64,000 bases of DNA from Candidatus Latescibacterota bacterium (GTDB lineage: Bacteria; Latescibacterota; UBA2968). This document shows positions 21,477-31,779 of this stretch, piece by piece; position 1 is the stretch's first letter; each line of letters opens with the position of its first letter. The stretch is taken from positions 6,240,001 to 6,304,000 of the forward strand of contig OZ240241.1 in assembly GCA_965198115.1 (NCBI GenBank), given 5' to 3'. The notes beneath the pieces are model-generated. The model saw only the letters and a list, made by a program, of their open reading frames with translations. It ran no database searches and was not told the origin of the DNA. A program made the position numbers and the translations under genes.

Positions 21477-22630
21477 GTGAAGATCACGTCGATCAAAACG
21501 GTGAAGCTGAACATTCCGCGCACCCCTCCGAAGACGAAGCCGTGGCGAGATACGTGGAACAAGACATCACCGCGTTCATTGCCGATCAACTACTACCCTG
21601 AGTTCTCGCGACTTCCTGGAGAGATGCCTGGGATGGGAGGCGGTGAAGTTTGGGTACGAGTGATCGTTGAGGACGGCACGTGGGGATTGGGCTCGTGCAG
21701 CTTCGGCGAGATGACGGCGTCAGTGATCGACAATGTCTACACACCTCTTCTCGAGGGGCGTGACTGTCTGGCCACGGAGTACCTGAACGATTTGATGTGG
21801 CGGGCTGCGCAGCGCTTGGGAGGTGCAGGGCACGCGACGGTGGCACGTAGCGCCGTCGACCTGGCGCTCTGGGATCTGAAAGGGAAGCTTCTGGATTTAC
21901 CAGTCTATCGGCTGCTGGGCGGACCGTGTCGGGAGGCGATCGAGCTCTATGCCACAGGGGATGATCTGGATTGGGCGATGGAGCTGGGATTCAGACGGTT
22001 CAAGCTGACCAATCCGATCCATTACCGCGAGGGGCAGGAGGGTCTGAACCGTCTTGAGGCGAAGGTTGCCGACGCGCGTGAACAGGTCGGTCCAGATGCG
22101 GAGTTGATGCTGAATGCGGTGATGTCCTACAACGTGGAATACGCCGTTCAGGTTGCGGAGACGTTGCAACCTTTTCGGATGAGGTGGCTCGAAGAGCCGC
22201 TGATCCTGGCGACCTTGAAGGCCACATCGCGCTGAAGAAAGCGGTTCCGTGGATGCCGATCGCCACGGGAGAGGATCATCACGGCCGCATCGCGTTCCGG
22301 CAGCTCGTTGAGCACCGGTGCGTCGACGTGCTTCAACCCGACTTGAAATGGTGCGGCGGACTTACCGAAGCGGTGAAGATCTACACTATTGGCGAGGCTG
22401 CGGGTCTTCAGACGATTCCGCACGGCGGTGCCAATACCGCATTCGGCCAGCACTTCGCGATGGCGATGCCCGAGTCTCTGGTCGCTGAGTTCTGGCTGGG
22501 ATCGGATCCGGGGATTCCTCTGGCCGAGGTGAGAAGGATTCCGGGAGTCGCCGTACCCGAAGAGGGGAGAGTGATACCGTCAGACGCGCCCGGATTCGGG
22601 ATGGAGATCGAGGAGGCGTGGATAGATTGA
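21477..22630 (+). CDS. Mandelate racemase/enolase family, L-rhamnonate dehydratase-like; frameshift near 22205
   Basis: SAVDLALWDLKGK, YATGDD, WLEEPL, ATGED, LQPD, PGFG. Confidence 0.87.
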
Positions 22631-22692
22631 GAACTGGTGAGCTGAGGGAAGGGATCGGGACGGCAGACAGTAGACGGTGGACAGAAAAAAAG

Positions 22693-24112
22693 GGCTCTAT
22701 CCGGGTTTCTCAACGGTGAAACTATAGAATGACAAGGTCATAGATCGTTCCCTACGCTTGGTTGTGTGTGTAGGACAATCAAAGCGAAGGGGGTGCGACC
22801 TATGACCGGGAGCAGATTACTATCGAAACTGCTGAGATTCAAGGGGTTCCGTGTTGTCAGCTGGTGGTTTGAGGGGAGAAGCTGCGTCGTCATCGCCGTA
22901 AAGCCACATAAGAATGGTTGTTGTTGTCCGGAGTGCGGCCGTCGAGGTAAAATCGTCCGCACAATGCCCCATCCGCGTCGGTGGCGTGACATTCCGGTGT
23001 GCGGGTGGAGGGTCTGGCTTCTCTACCATCCTCGGGAGATTCGGTGTCCTACCCACGGTCGTGTGGTCGAGGAGATTCCGTGGGCGGAGCGGTTCTCTCG
23101 GGTGACGTATCGCTTCGAGTATGCCATGCTGCGCTACTGCCAGACCTTGACGCAGAAGGCGGCGTCCGAGTTACTGCGCATCTCTGCCTCGACGCTGTCG
23201 GATCTCCTTCACCGATCCATCACGCGGCTTCGTGAAGGTCATCGTATCCGAGGGCTCAAAACCATCGGGATCGACGAGATCTCCTACGCCAAGCGTCACA
23301 GGTACGCCACGCTCGTTTACGATCTGGACCGCTCCTGCGTGGTGTGGGTTGGCCGCGGCAGGGCGCGTAAAACGATCGATCGGTTCTTCACAGAGGCTCT
23401 CAGTCCCTACCAGAGATCCAAGATCGAGTGGGCCTGCTGCGACATGAGCGAAGCTTACATCGGAGCCATCCAGGAACACTGTCCGAATGCCAAGCTGGTC
23501 CTCGATCGCTTTCACATCGTCAAGGCTCTCAATGCCGCCGTTGACGAGGTCCGTAAGGACCAGTGGCGTAAAGCTGCCCCGGATGAGCGCAAAGCCATGA
23601 AGGGCCTCCGATGGCTCCTCTACCGGCACTCAGCGACACGCTCCAGAGGGGATACTCGGACACTCAAAGCACTGGAGAAGGCGAACTACCGAATCTATAG
23701 AGCCTGGAGACTCAAGGACGAGTTCGAGCAGTTCTGGGAATACAAAGCGCCCTGGGCTGCCGAACGCTTCCTGAAATGCTGGACGACGTCCGCACTCAGA
23801 AGTCGACTTGAACCCCTGCGAAAGTTCGTCAGGACCCTGCGACAGCACTTCTTCGGCGTCCTCGCATTCGTGAACACGCGTCTTACCAACGCCATCGCCG
23901 AAGGCCTCAACCGAATCGTCCAAATCGTCAAGAACCGAGCCAGCGGATTCCGCACACTCGACGCATTCAACGATATGATCTTCCTTACCGTCGGAGACAT
24001 AAACATCCCTGAGCAGATTCCGAAGAGGTTCCGCACACGCTAACCGCGCCCCCATGCCAGGAACCACGGCACCTTCACCCACTTCATCTCGTTGAGAGAT
24101 CCGGATATAGCC
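22693..24112 (+). mobile_element. ISL3-family element, copy 1 (transposase 22766-24043)
   Basis: IRs GGCTCTATCCGGGTTTCTCAACG and CGTTGAGAGATCCGGATATAGCC; CPEC zinc finger, GIDE, DRFH, TNAIAEGLN. Confidence 0.95.
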
Positions 24113-24119
24113 AAAAAAA

Positions 24120-25536
24120 GGCTCTATCCGGGTTTCTCAACGGTGAAACTATAGAATGACAAGGTCATAGATCGTTCCCTACGCTTGGTTGTGTGTGTAG
24201 GACAATCAAAGCGAAGGGGGTGCGACCTATGACCGGGAGCAGATTACTATCGAAACTGCTGAGATTCAAGGGGTTCCGTGTTGTCAGCTGGTGGTTTGAG
24301 GGGAGAAGCTGCTTCGTCATCGCCGTAAAGCCACATAAGAATGGTTGTTGTTGTCCGGAGTGCGGCCGTCGAGGTAAAATCGTCCGCACAATGCCCCATC
24401 CGCGTCGGTGGCGTGACATTCCGGTGTGCGGGTGGAGGGTCTGGCTTCTCTACCATCCTCGGGAGATTCGGTGTCCTACCCACGGTCGTGTGGTCGAGGA
24501 GATTCCGTGGGCGGAGCGGTTCTCTCGGGTGACGTATCGCTTCGAGTATGCCATGCTGCGCTACTGCCAGACCATGACGCAGAAGGCGGCGTCCGAGTTG
24601 CTGCGCATCTCTGCCTCGACGCTGTCGGATCTCCTTCACCGATCCATCACGCGGCTTCGTGAAGGTCATCGTATCCGAGGGCTCAAAACCATCGGGATCG
24701 ACGAGATCTCCTACGCCAAGCGTCACAGGTACGCCACGCTCGTTTACGATCTGGACCGCTCCTGCGTGGTGTGGGTTGGCCGCGGCAGGGCGCGTAAAAC
24801 GATCGATCGGTTCTTCACAGAGGCTCTCAGTCCCTACCGGAGATCCAAGATCGAGTGGGCCTGCTGCGACATGAGCGAAGCTTACATCGGAGCCATCCAG
24901 GAACACTGTCCGAATGCCAAGCTGGTCCTCGATCGCTACATCGTCAAGGCTCTCAATGCCGCCGTTGACGAGGTCCGTAAGGACCAGTGGCGTAAAGCTG
25001 CCCCGGATGAGCGCAAAGCCATGAAGGGCCTCCGATGGCTCCTCTACCGGCACTCAGCGACACGCTCCAGAGGGGATACTCGGACACTCAAAGCACTGGA
25101 GAAGGCGAACTACCGAATCTATAGAGCCTGGAGACTCAAGGACGAGTTCGAGCAGTTCTGGGAATACAAAGCGCCCTGGGCTGCCGAACGCTTCCTGAAA
25201 TGCTGGACGACGTCCGCACTCAGAAGTCGACGTGAACCCCTGCGAAAGTTCGTCAGGACCCTGCGACAGCACTTCTTCGGCGTCCTCGCATTCGTGAACA
25301 CGCGTCTTACCAACGCCATCGCCGAAGGCCTCAACCGAATCGTCCAAATCGTCAAGAACCGAGCCAGCGGATTCCGCACACTCGACGCATTCAACGATAT
25401 GATCTTCCTTACCGTCGGAGACCTAAACATCCCTGAGCAGATTCCGAAGAGGTTCCGCACACGCTAACCGCGCCCCCATGCCAGGAACCACGGCACCTTC
25501 ACCCACTTCAGCTCGTTGAGAGATCCGGATATAGCC
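24120..25536 (+). mobile_element. ISL3-family element, copy 2, tandem to copy 1 (transposase 24193-25467)
   Basis: Same IRs; separated from copy 1 by A7; DRFH motif changed to DRY. Confidence 0.93.
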
Positions 25537-25573
25537 GAAAAAAAGCCCTCGCAGGATCTGCGGGGGCCGTTTC
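25537..25573 (-). terminator. Intrinsic terminator of the minus-strand gene pair; its U-tract is the ISL3 target
   Basis: A7 followed by GCCCTCGCAG-GAT-CTGCGGGGGC hairpin. Confidence 0.65.
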
Positions 25574-25593
25574 ATTTGTATGCGGTGGGCGGG

Positions 25594-25899
25594 CTACATT
25601 TCCCCCATTTCCTTCCGAATCTCATCGTTACGCTGGGTAATCTGGCCGACCTGCATTTCAAGCGTTTCGATCTCGGTTCGCTGTCGGTCGAGTTCGCGTT
25701 CCGACATTTGCATCTGCACGAGCAGGGGCTGTCGTTCGGTCTGTATCTGTTTGATGAGCCCCCTGATCCGTTTGATTTCGGTGTCCGCTTCGGCCCTGCG
25801 TTGACGAGCCCGGTTCAGGTCCCAGTTCGTGAAGCCCTTGGCCGCGATCACCAGAAGGCCGAGGACGATTACGAACCATTCGAAGGATCCTAAGACCAC
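25594..25899 (-). CDS. Small membrane-anchored coiled-coil protein
   Basis: N-terminal hydrophobic helix then heptad-like E/Q/R-rich region; RBS GAGGA. Confidence 0.7.
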   Translation of the reverse strand: MVLGSFEWFVIVLGLLVIAAKGFTNWDLNRARQRRAEADTEIKRIRGLIKQIQTERQPLLVQMQMSERELDRQRTEIETLEMQVGQITQRNDEIRKEMGEM

Positions 25900-25901
25900 A
25901 T

Positions 25902-26237
25902 CTACTTCCTCGAGTCCTGGTTGGCCTGATCGATCTTCTTGCCCTGCTTCTGGATCAGCAAGTTCTCCTGCACTTTGTTCGCACCCTCGATGTTGCTCTT
26001 CAGGCTCGGAATCTTCCCCTTGTTGGACTGCAGCTCTTCCTTCTAGGTGGCCGCCCTCGCCACATCTTCCACCTTCTGCGTGTTTTCCTCCTCCAACTCC
26101 AACTCCAGACTTGCCGCCGTGGTTTCGAGCTCCTCTGCTTCTCCGACGATGATATCCAGGATCTGCTTATACCGTTTCATCGTGAAGTAGGTGTAAGATA
26201 GTCCAAGGATGGCGATGGTGAGGATCAGCCAGAGCAT
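25902..26237 (-). CDS. Small membrane-anchored coiled-coil protein with in-frame TAG at 26043-26045
   Basis: MLWLILTIAILG TM helix; the frame stays open 46 codons past the TAG, ending next to the following gene. Confidence 0.6.
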
Positions 26238-26386
26238 TTACGGAGATCCGGAGAAGGTGGTTACAGAGTGGTGACGCGGGAATATAGGGGCTCGGCGGAA
26301 CCTATGAAAGAGCGGGGAGCTCTTCGGCACGGCCTATGCCTACTCGCGAGGCGAGCAGGTGTGGCAACAGTGTGAAAAATGAGATG

Positions 26387-26417
26387 TTGACAAGCAACCC
26401 TAATAATCACATATAGT
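26387..26417 (+). promoter_or_regulatory. Putative sigma70 promoter of the fliM cluster
   Basis: TTGACA at 26387 and CATATAGT at 26410-26417. Confidence 0.45.
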
Positions 26418-26452
26418 TGGCCGAATCTTCACCGTTCAAGAGTGAGGTGTCT

Positions 26453-27442
26453 ATGGCGAAGAAGATGACTCAGAAGGAAATCGACGACAGGCTGGCGGCC
26501 GGCGAGAAGCCGAAGCGCGCCAAGAAGTCCAAGAAATCGAAGAAACCGGTGATCACCTACGACTTCAAGCACCCGAACCGCGTGTCGAAAGACCAAAGGC
26601 GAACGCTGGAGAACTTGCATACGAACCTCGCCCGGATGATTTCATCGTCGCTGTCGACGATGACGCAGTCGGTGGTAGACTGTGATATCGCGTTCGTCGA
26701 TCAGACGACGTATGCCGAAGTCATTATGTCGATGACGAACCCATCGCTTTCCTACACGTTCACGATCGAACCCCTCGGGGGTCCCGCCTTCCTGGATTTT
26801 GCTCCGGACGTGGCCTACGGCCTGATTGACTGCGAATTCGGGGGAACGGGTGAGGTCACGCCGCCGAACAGACCCGTCACGGCCATCGAACGGACGGTGA
26901 TGACACGTGTGGTCACGCGCACGTTGGCCGATTTTGAGGCGACCTGGCTGCCGCTGTTGAAGGTCCAGGTGTCGGATGCGGAGCTTGAGACGAATCCGGA
27001 GTTCATGCAGATCGCGGCTCCGTCGGACACGGTGGTTCTGATCGCGTTCGAAGTCAATGCGAAGAACTTTTCCGGTCTGGTGTACGTCTGTTATCCCTAT
27101 TTCACGCTTGAACCCGTGACGCCTTACCTGAATGTGCAGACCTGGGCATCGAGACTCGGCCGAAGATCGGAACCTCAAGAGGCTAGGCTCAACCAGCTTG
27201 GTCAGATCCCTACCGAAATCCGTGTGATCGCGGGACGCGGAGAGGTTCCGGCTGAAGATATCGCCAATGCAAAGGTCGGCGACACCATTGTGCTGAGTAC
27301 ACGAGCTGATGACCTCGCGGTACTTTTTGTAGAGGATGAACCCCTGTTCAGAGTTCACACCGGTATGGATGAAAAGAAACACCGCTACTCGGTAGAGGTG
27401 GAGCAGGCCATCCCGATCGAAGAAAGGATCCATTATGTCTGA
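26453..27442 (+). CDS. fliM: Flagellar switch protein FliM paralog
   Basis: YDFKHPNRVSKDQ, VDQTTY, FGGTG, ETNPEFMQI, C-terminal SPOA-like domain. Confidence 0.9.
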   Translation: MAKKMTQKEIDDRLAAGEKPKRAKKSKKSKKPVITYDFKHPNRVSKDQRRTLENLHTNLARMISSSLSTMTQSVVDCDIAFVDQTTYAEVIMSMTNPSLSYTFTIEPLGGPAFLDFAPDVAYGLIDCEFGGTGEVTPPNRPVTAIERTVMTRVVTRTLADFEATWLPLLKVQVSDAELETNPEFMQIAAPSDTVVLIAFEVNAKNFSGLVYVCYPYFTLEPVTPYLNVQTWASRLGRRSEPQEARLNQLGQIPTEIRVIAGRGEVPAEDIANAKVGDTIVLSTRADDLAVLFVEDEPLFRVHTGMDEKKHRYSVEVEQAIPIEERIHYV

Positions 27443-27734
27443 GAATGAGACCACCGCCCACGAGGACACTGCCTGGCCTAGAGACATGATGTCTCGTGTC
27501 GGTCGGCTGGGACGAGCGACGATGGAAGTGGTTGTAGAGCTGGGACGAGCACGCATCCCGTTGGAGGACGTGCTCAATGCGGAACCTGGCAGCATCTTCG
27601 AGACGGACAAGCTGTCTGGTATGCCGATGGAGATTTTTGTCAATGACGTGCTTTTCGCCCGGGGAGAGACTGTGGTCGTCGGGGATCAGCTTGCGGTGCG
27701 TGTGACCGATCTGGTGAAGAACGAAAACCGGTAG
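27435..27734 (+). CDS. fliN: FliN/SPOA-domain protein
   Basis: VELGRARI, PMEIFVN..FARGETVVVG..AVRVT. Confidence 0.88.
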   Translation: MSENETTAHEDTAWPRDMMSRVGRLGRATMEVVVELGRARIPLEDVLNAEPGSIFETDKLSGMPMEIFVNDVLFARGETVVVGDQLAVRVTDLVKNENR

Positions 27735-27851
27735 AGCTGGAACACCCTTCGACTACGCTCAGGGCAGGCTCCAGCGCGGAGACACTAAAGAAAACTGCAC
27801 ACCAGGTGGTCTTTCTCGAATCGTGGTGCGAACAAGCAACGGAGATTCACA

Positions 27852-29561
27852 TTGGCCGATCGGTTGATTCATTCTGTTGGCGTGACGGAAACGGGGGCAT
27901 CCCCTTCGGCGTGGAAACCACCGACGCTGAAGCCAAAGCCGATGCCGGAACGATTAGCGCTCACCCTGTCCGTGGAGGCCGAGAAGAGCGACGGAGAACC
28001 CACACCCAGACCCGAAGAGCCCGGTATGGTGTTCATTGAAGCGGGGAGATTCGTGATCGGGGATGATGAGGGCGGGCGCGATGCCCAGCCGCAGCACCGT
28101 GTGATGCTGGACGGTTACTGGATCGATCGTCTGCCTGTGACGAACGCCGATTACATGACCTTCGTGGAGGCAACAGACTATCGTCGCCCGGCGCATTGGG
28201 TCACTGGCACGTTTCCGGCAGAAAACGGGAAACCATCCGGTGACGAACGTGAATCGCACCGATGCGATGGCTTTCGCTCGCTGGGCAGGAAAAAGACTGC
28301 CGACGGAAGCGGAATGGGAGAAGGCATCCCGGGGAACGATCGGGCAGACCTATCCCTGGGGGAACGCCTTCCGAAAGGACAACTGCAATAGTCACAATAA
28401 CTTCGACGGCGAGACGACACCGGCCGATCAGTTCCCCAACGGTGCGAGTCCATTCGGTGTATTGGATACGTGCGGGAATGTGATGGAGTGGTGTTCGGAC
28501 TACTACGACGAAGGCTACTATGCTGTCGCACCTCACGACAACCCGGAGGGCCCGAAAGGGCGGTATCGCTCGATTCGGGGTGGGTTCTATTCCGGAAACA
28601 AGGCGGACGTGCGATGCGCGGCGCGCCATTGGGCGCCGGAGGAAACTCTGCAGGATCACATCGGGTTTCGATGTGCGAAGACACCGGGTCAACAGCCGGA
28701 GGCACCGGCCGTAGCTGAAGCGACCTCATCGAGTGAGGGACACAAGGTGGAACCGATTTCGGACGAGCAATCCCTGGAAACGATCGCCGAGGGTCATCCC
28801 GAGTCCGTGGCGAAAGTGGTTCGGGCGAAGCTGAACGAGCCGGGGGACAGGAAGGAACCGCAGATCAGTTGGGTGCGTTGATGATTACGTTGGGACGTGA
28901 TCTCGCGGCCGGTGTGATGAAGTACCTGACGACGGATGAGATCGGGATCCTGGCAGTCGCGATGTCGGTGCGAGCCGTCGTGACAGGGGATGAACGCCAG
29001 TCGATCCAGCAGGATGTGAAGGAGCGCATTCTGGCGGGCACGCATCTGGACTACGGCGGGGTCGATTTCACGCACGAGGTGCTGGAGCGGGCCCTCGGGC
29101 CGCATCGCGCTCGCCGGTTGATGGATCAGGCGGTCGTGGCGGATGCAAGAATGATCCGGGTCCTGGATACCGCCTCACCCGAGCAGATTTTGCCTTTCTT
29201 CATGAAAGAGCAACCCCAGACGATTGCGTTGATCGTTTCACAGATCGATCCTACGAAGGCGAGCGCGATTCTGGCTCTGATGCCGGAAGAAAGACGGCGC
29301 GAAGTGGTGACTCGTATGGCCAACCTCGGGACGGTCCGAGTGAATACGCTACGAGCGCTCGAGGATTCCCTGGCTGACGAACTACAAGCGATGTTGACGG
29401 GGAACGTTGAGGTCGGGGGCGCTGAGACCGTAGCGGTTATCCTCGCGCACACGGATGAGACTGTGCGTCAAGACCTTCTGGCTGCGTTCAGGGCGTCGGA
29501 TGGCGAAATGGCGGATCAGATCGAGCAGGCGGCTGCAAACGGAGGAGCGACCGATGGCTGA
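27852..29561 (+). CDS. Probable fusion: FGE-sulfatase (SUMF1) fold + FliF-C-like helix + FliG N/M domains (frameshifts near 28228 and 28865)
   Basis: RLPTEAEWEKA, YPWG, GNVMEW, RGG, GFRC; then GGVDFTHEVLERALG, EQPQTIALIVS, VGGAETVAVIL. Confidence 0.75.
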
Positions 29562-29799
29562 AGCGAGAGCGAACGGTGAAGCCACCAAACCAGCGGTGGA
29601 AATAGCCATCGAATTGGGCAGAACGAGGCTTTCCATCGATCAGCTGCTGAGATTGACCGAAGGCTCGATGATCGAGTTGGGTGTTCGGTCGGGCGAGCCG
29701 GCGATGGTGACGATCGAGCGGGAGGTCTTTGCCGAAGGGGAGGTTGTTGCGTCAGGGGAGCATTTCGGGGTGAGGATTACGAAGGTGGTGAATGCGTAG
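29554..29799 (+). CDS. fliN: Second, minimal FliN/SPOA protein
   Basis: IELGRTRLSI..GSMIEL..GEP..AEGEVV..FGVRIT; RBS GGAGG. Confidence 0.88.
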   Translation: MAEARANGEATKPAVEIAIELGRTRLSIDQLLRLTEGSMIELGVRSGEPAMVTIEREVFAEGEVVASGEHFGVRITKVVNA

Positions 29800-29908
29800 A
29801 GCCGGAGGACAGTGGACAGAAGACAGGCTATCGTGTTCGCCCGCCACAGGTTAGTCGCAGATCTTTAGTCTGCGTCCCTCGAGCGGGCAAACCTGGAGGA
29901 GAGGCAAC

Positions 29909-31626
29909 GTGGCTGAAGATAAATCGGCCGGTGATCGGCTTTCAGCGGATCGAGTACACATTCTGGAGAATCTGCACTCGAATCTGGCGCGGATGCTGGC
30001 GTCGTCGTTTTCGACGATGCAGCGGTCAGTGGTGGACTGCGACATCAAGTTTGTCGATCAGACGACTTACGGGGAGTTTATTGCCTCCCTTTCCAATCCA
30101 TCGTGCTCTTACACCTTTACGATCAATCCTCTCGGGGGAACGGCTATTCTGGATTTCGCCCTGCCGGTGGCGTATGCGTTCATCGACCGTCATTACGGGG
30201 GAGCGGGTAGCAACCCCCCATCGCACGCTCGTCCGCTGACTCGTTTGGAGCGGACCGTCACCAACAAGGTGTTGCGGAATTCGCTCGCGGATCTGGAGAT
30301 GACCTGGGAAGCGTTGCTCAAGATTCGGGTGAGTGATGCGGAACTGGAGACGAATCCAGAATTCATGCAGGTAGCCGATCCGGCTGCGACCGTCCTTCTG
30401 ATTGCGTTTGAAGTCCACTCTCAGCACGCCTCGGGCCTTGTACAACTATGCTATCCATTCGATACGCTTGCGCCGGCGATGAAGTATTTGACGCTCGGCA
30501 ATGCGCCATCGTCACACCGCGAGACTTCGGCTTCGACGGACTTTGAAACAGAATCGACTGCGAACGCACCGGTCATTCCAACGGAGGCATCCATTGAACA
30601 GATCGCGGCCGATCGGCCCGGCATCATAGCGGGGGTCGTGGAAGCGCTTCTTGCGCGTACCGACAACGGATCTGAGGATGCTAAAGCGCCGTGGAAGGCA
30701 GCCGTGTTGATAGCGTGTCTGCCGAGGAACGATTCTAAAAGGGTGATCCGACAATGTTCGAGTGAGGCGACGGAGAAACTCGAGAAAGCCGTAGAGGAGC
30801 TTCAAGCGGTAACCGCCGCGGATCGAGATGAGGTCTTTGGGAACGCAAAAGAACGTCTGGCGAGCGGCGACTACATCATTCCAGGGGCCGCGGAATCAGC
30901 GCAGCTCGCGATGCGAGAAACGAACGCAAGGTCCAGCGGGTTTTGGATGCTTCGCAACGTGGATCCTGCCCAGATCGTCCCATTCATTGTCAAAGAGCAT
31001 CCACAGACGATCGCGCTGATCCTTTCGCAGGTGGACGCCTCTCAGTCGGCTGGGGTGCTGAACGGCCTGCCTGGTCCCCTTCAGGCGGACGTTTCGTTTA
31101 GAATAGCACAGATGGAAACCATATCGCCCCAGACACTTCGGGAGTTGGAAGATGATTTAGCAAGCGATCTCCAGTCGATTCTCTCGGGTCAGATTACGGA
31201 GATCGGCGGGCCCAAGGCCGTGGCGGCAATCCTCAATCGGACGGGGCGATCGACGGAGAAGGATGTGCTCGAGCGGCTTGATAAGCAGGATCCCGAGCTT
31301 GCTGAGGATGTGCGCAATCAAATGTTCGTCTTCGACGACATCGCGAAGCTGACGGATCGGGAGATCCAGGTTATTCTGAGGAAGTGGATTCCAAAGAACT
31401 GGCTGTCTCTCTGAAGGGCGCCAGCGAGGAACTGAAAGAGCGCGTCTTCGCCAACCTCAGCGATGAGGTGGGTGCGAAGATTAAGGAAGAGATGGAATTC
31501 TCCGGGCCAATCAGGATGAGCGATTTGGAGGAAGTGCAGTTGCGGATCGTGCAAACGGTGAGGCAGTTGGAAAAGGATGGTCATCTGAAGATCGTGCGGG
31601 GCGATTCGAACGATCGGTTTGTCTGA
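29909..31626 (+). CDS. FliM middle domain::FliG fusion protein (frameshift near 31380)
   Basis: One open frame contains FliM motifs (VDQTTY, YGGAG, ETNPEFMQ) and FliG motifs (KAAVLI, EHPQTIALILS, GGPKAVA, MFVFDDI); 31384-31626 supplies FliG-C. Confidence 0.9.
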
Positions 31627-31779
31627 AGAACCGAGCAGGCGAGCCCTTCAGTACGTCCGATTCGCGGACTACTCAGGACAGGCAGGAGAGCGGGCGTGGC
31701 CATTGGCTGCGCCCATACTTTTTTCAAGAACCGGCTGCTCATTTCAGATTCCCCCTCAACATCTTGCGAGGATCCCGCT

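Noticed and set aside
28240-28700. FGE-fold domain as a diversity-generating retroelement target
   Set aside because: No reverse transcriptase, avd gene or adenine-mismatched template repeat seen in the window
26453-31626. Injectisome sorting platform (SctQ) or ordinary flagellar operon
   Set aside because: Sequences are clearly flagellar FliM/FliG/FliN type and no export, ATPase or basal-body genes are nearby
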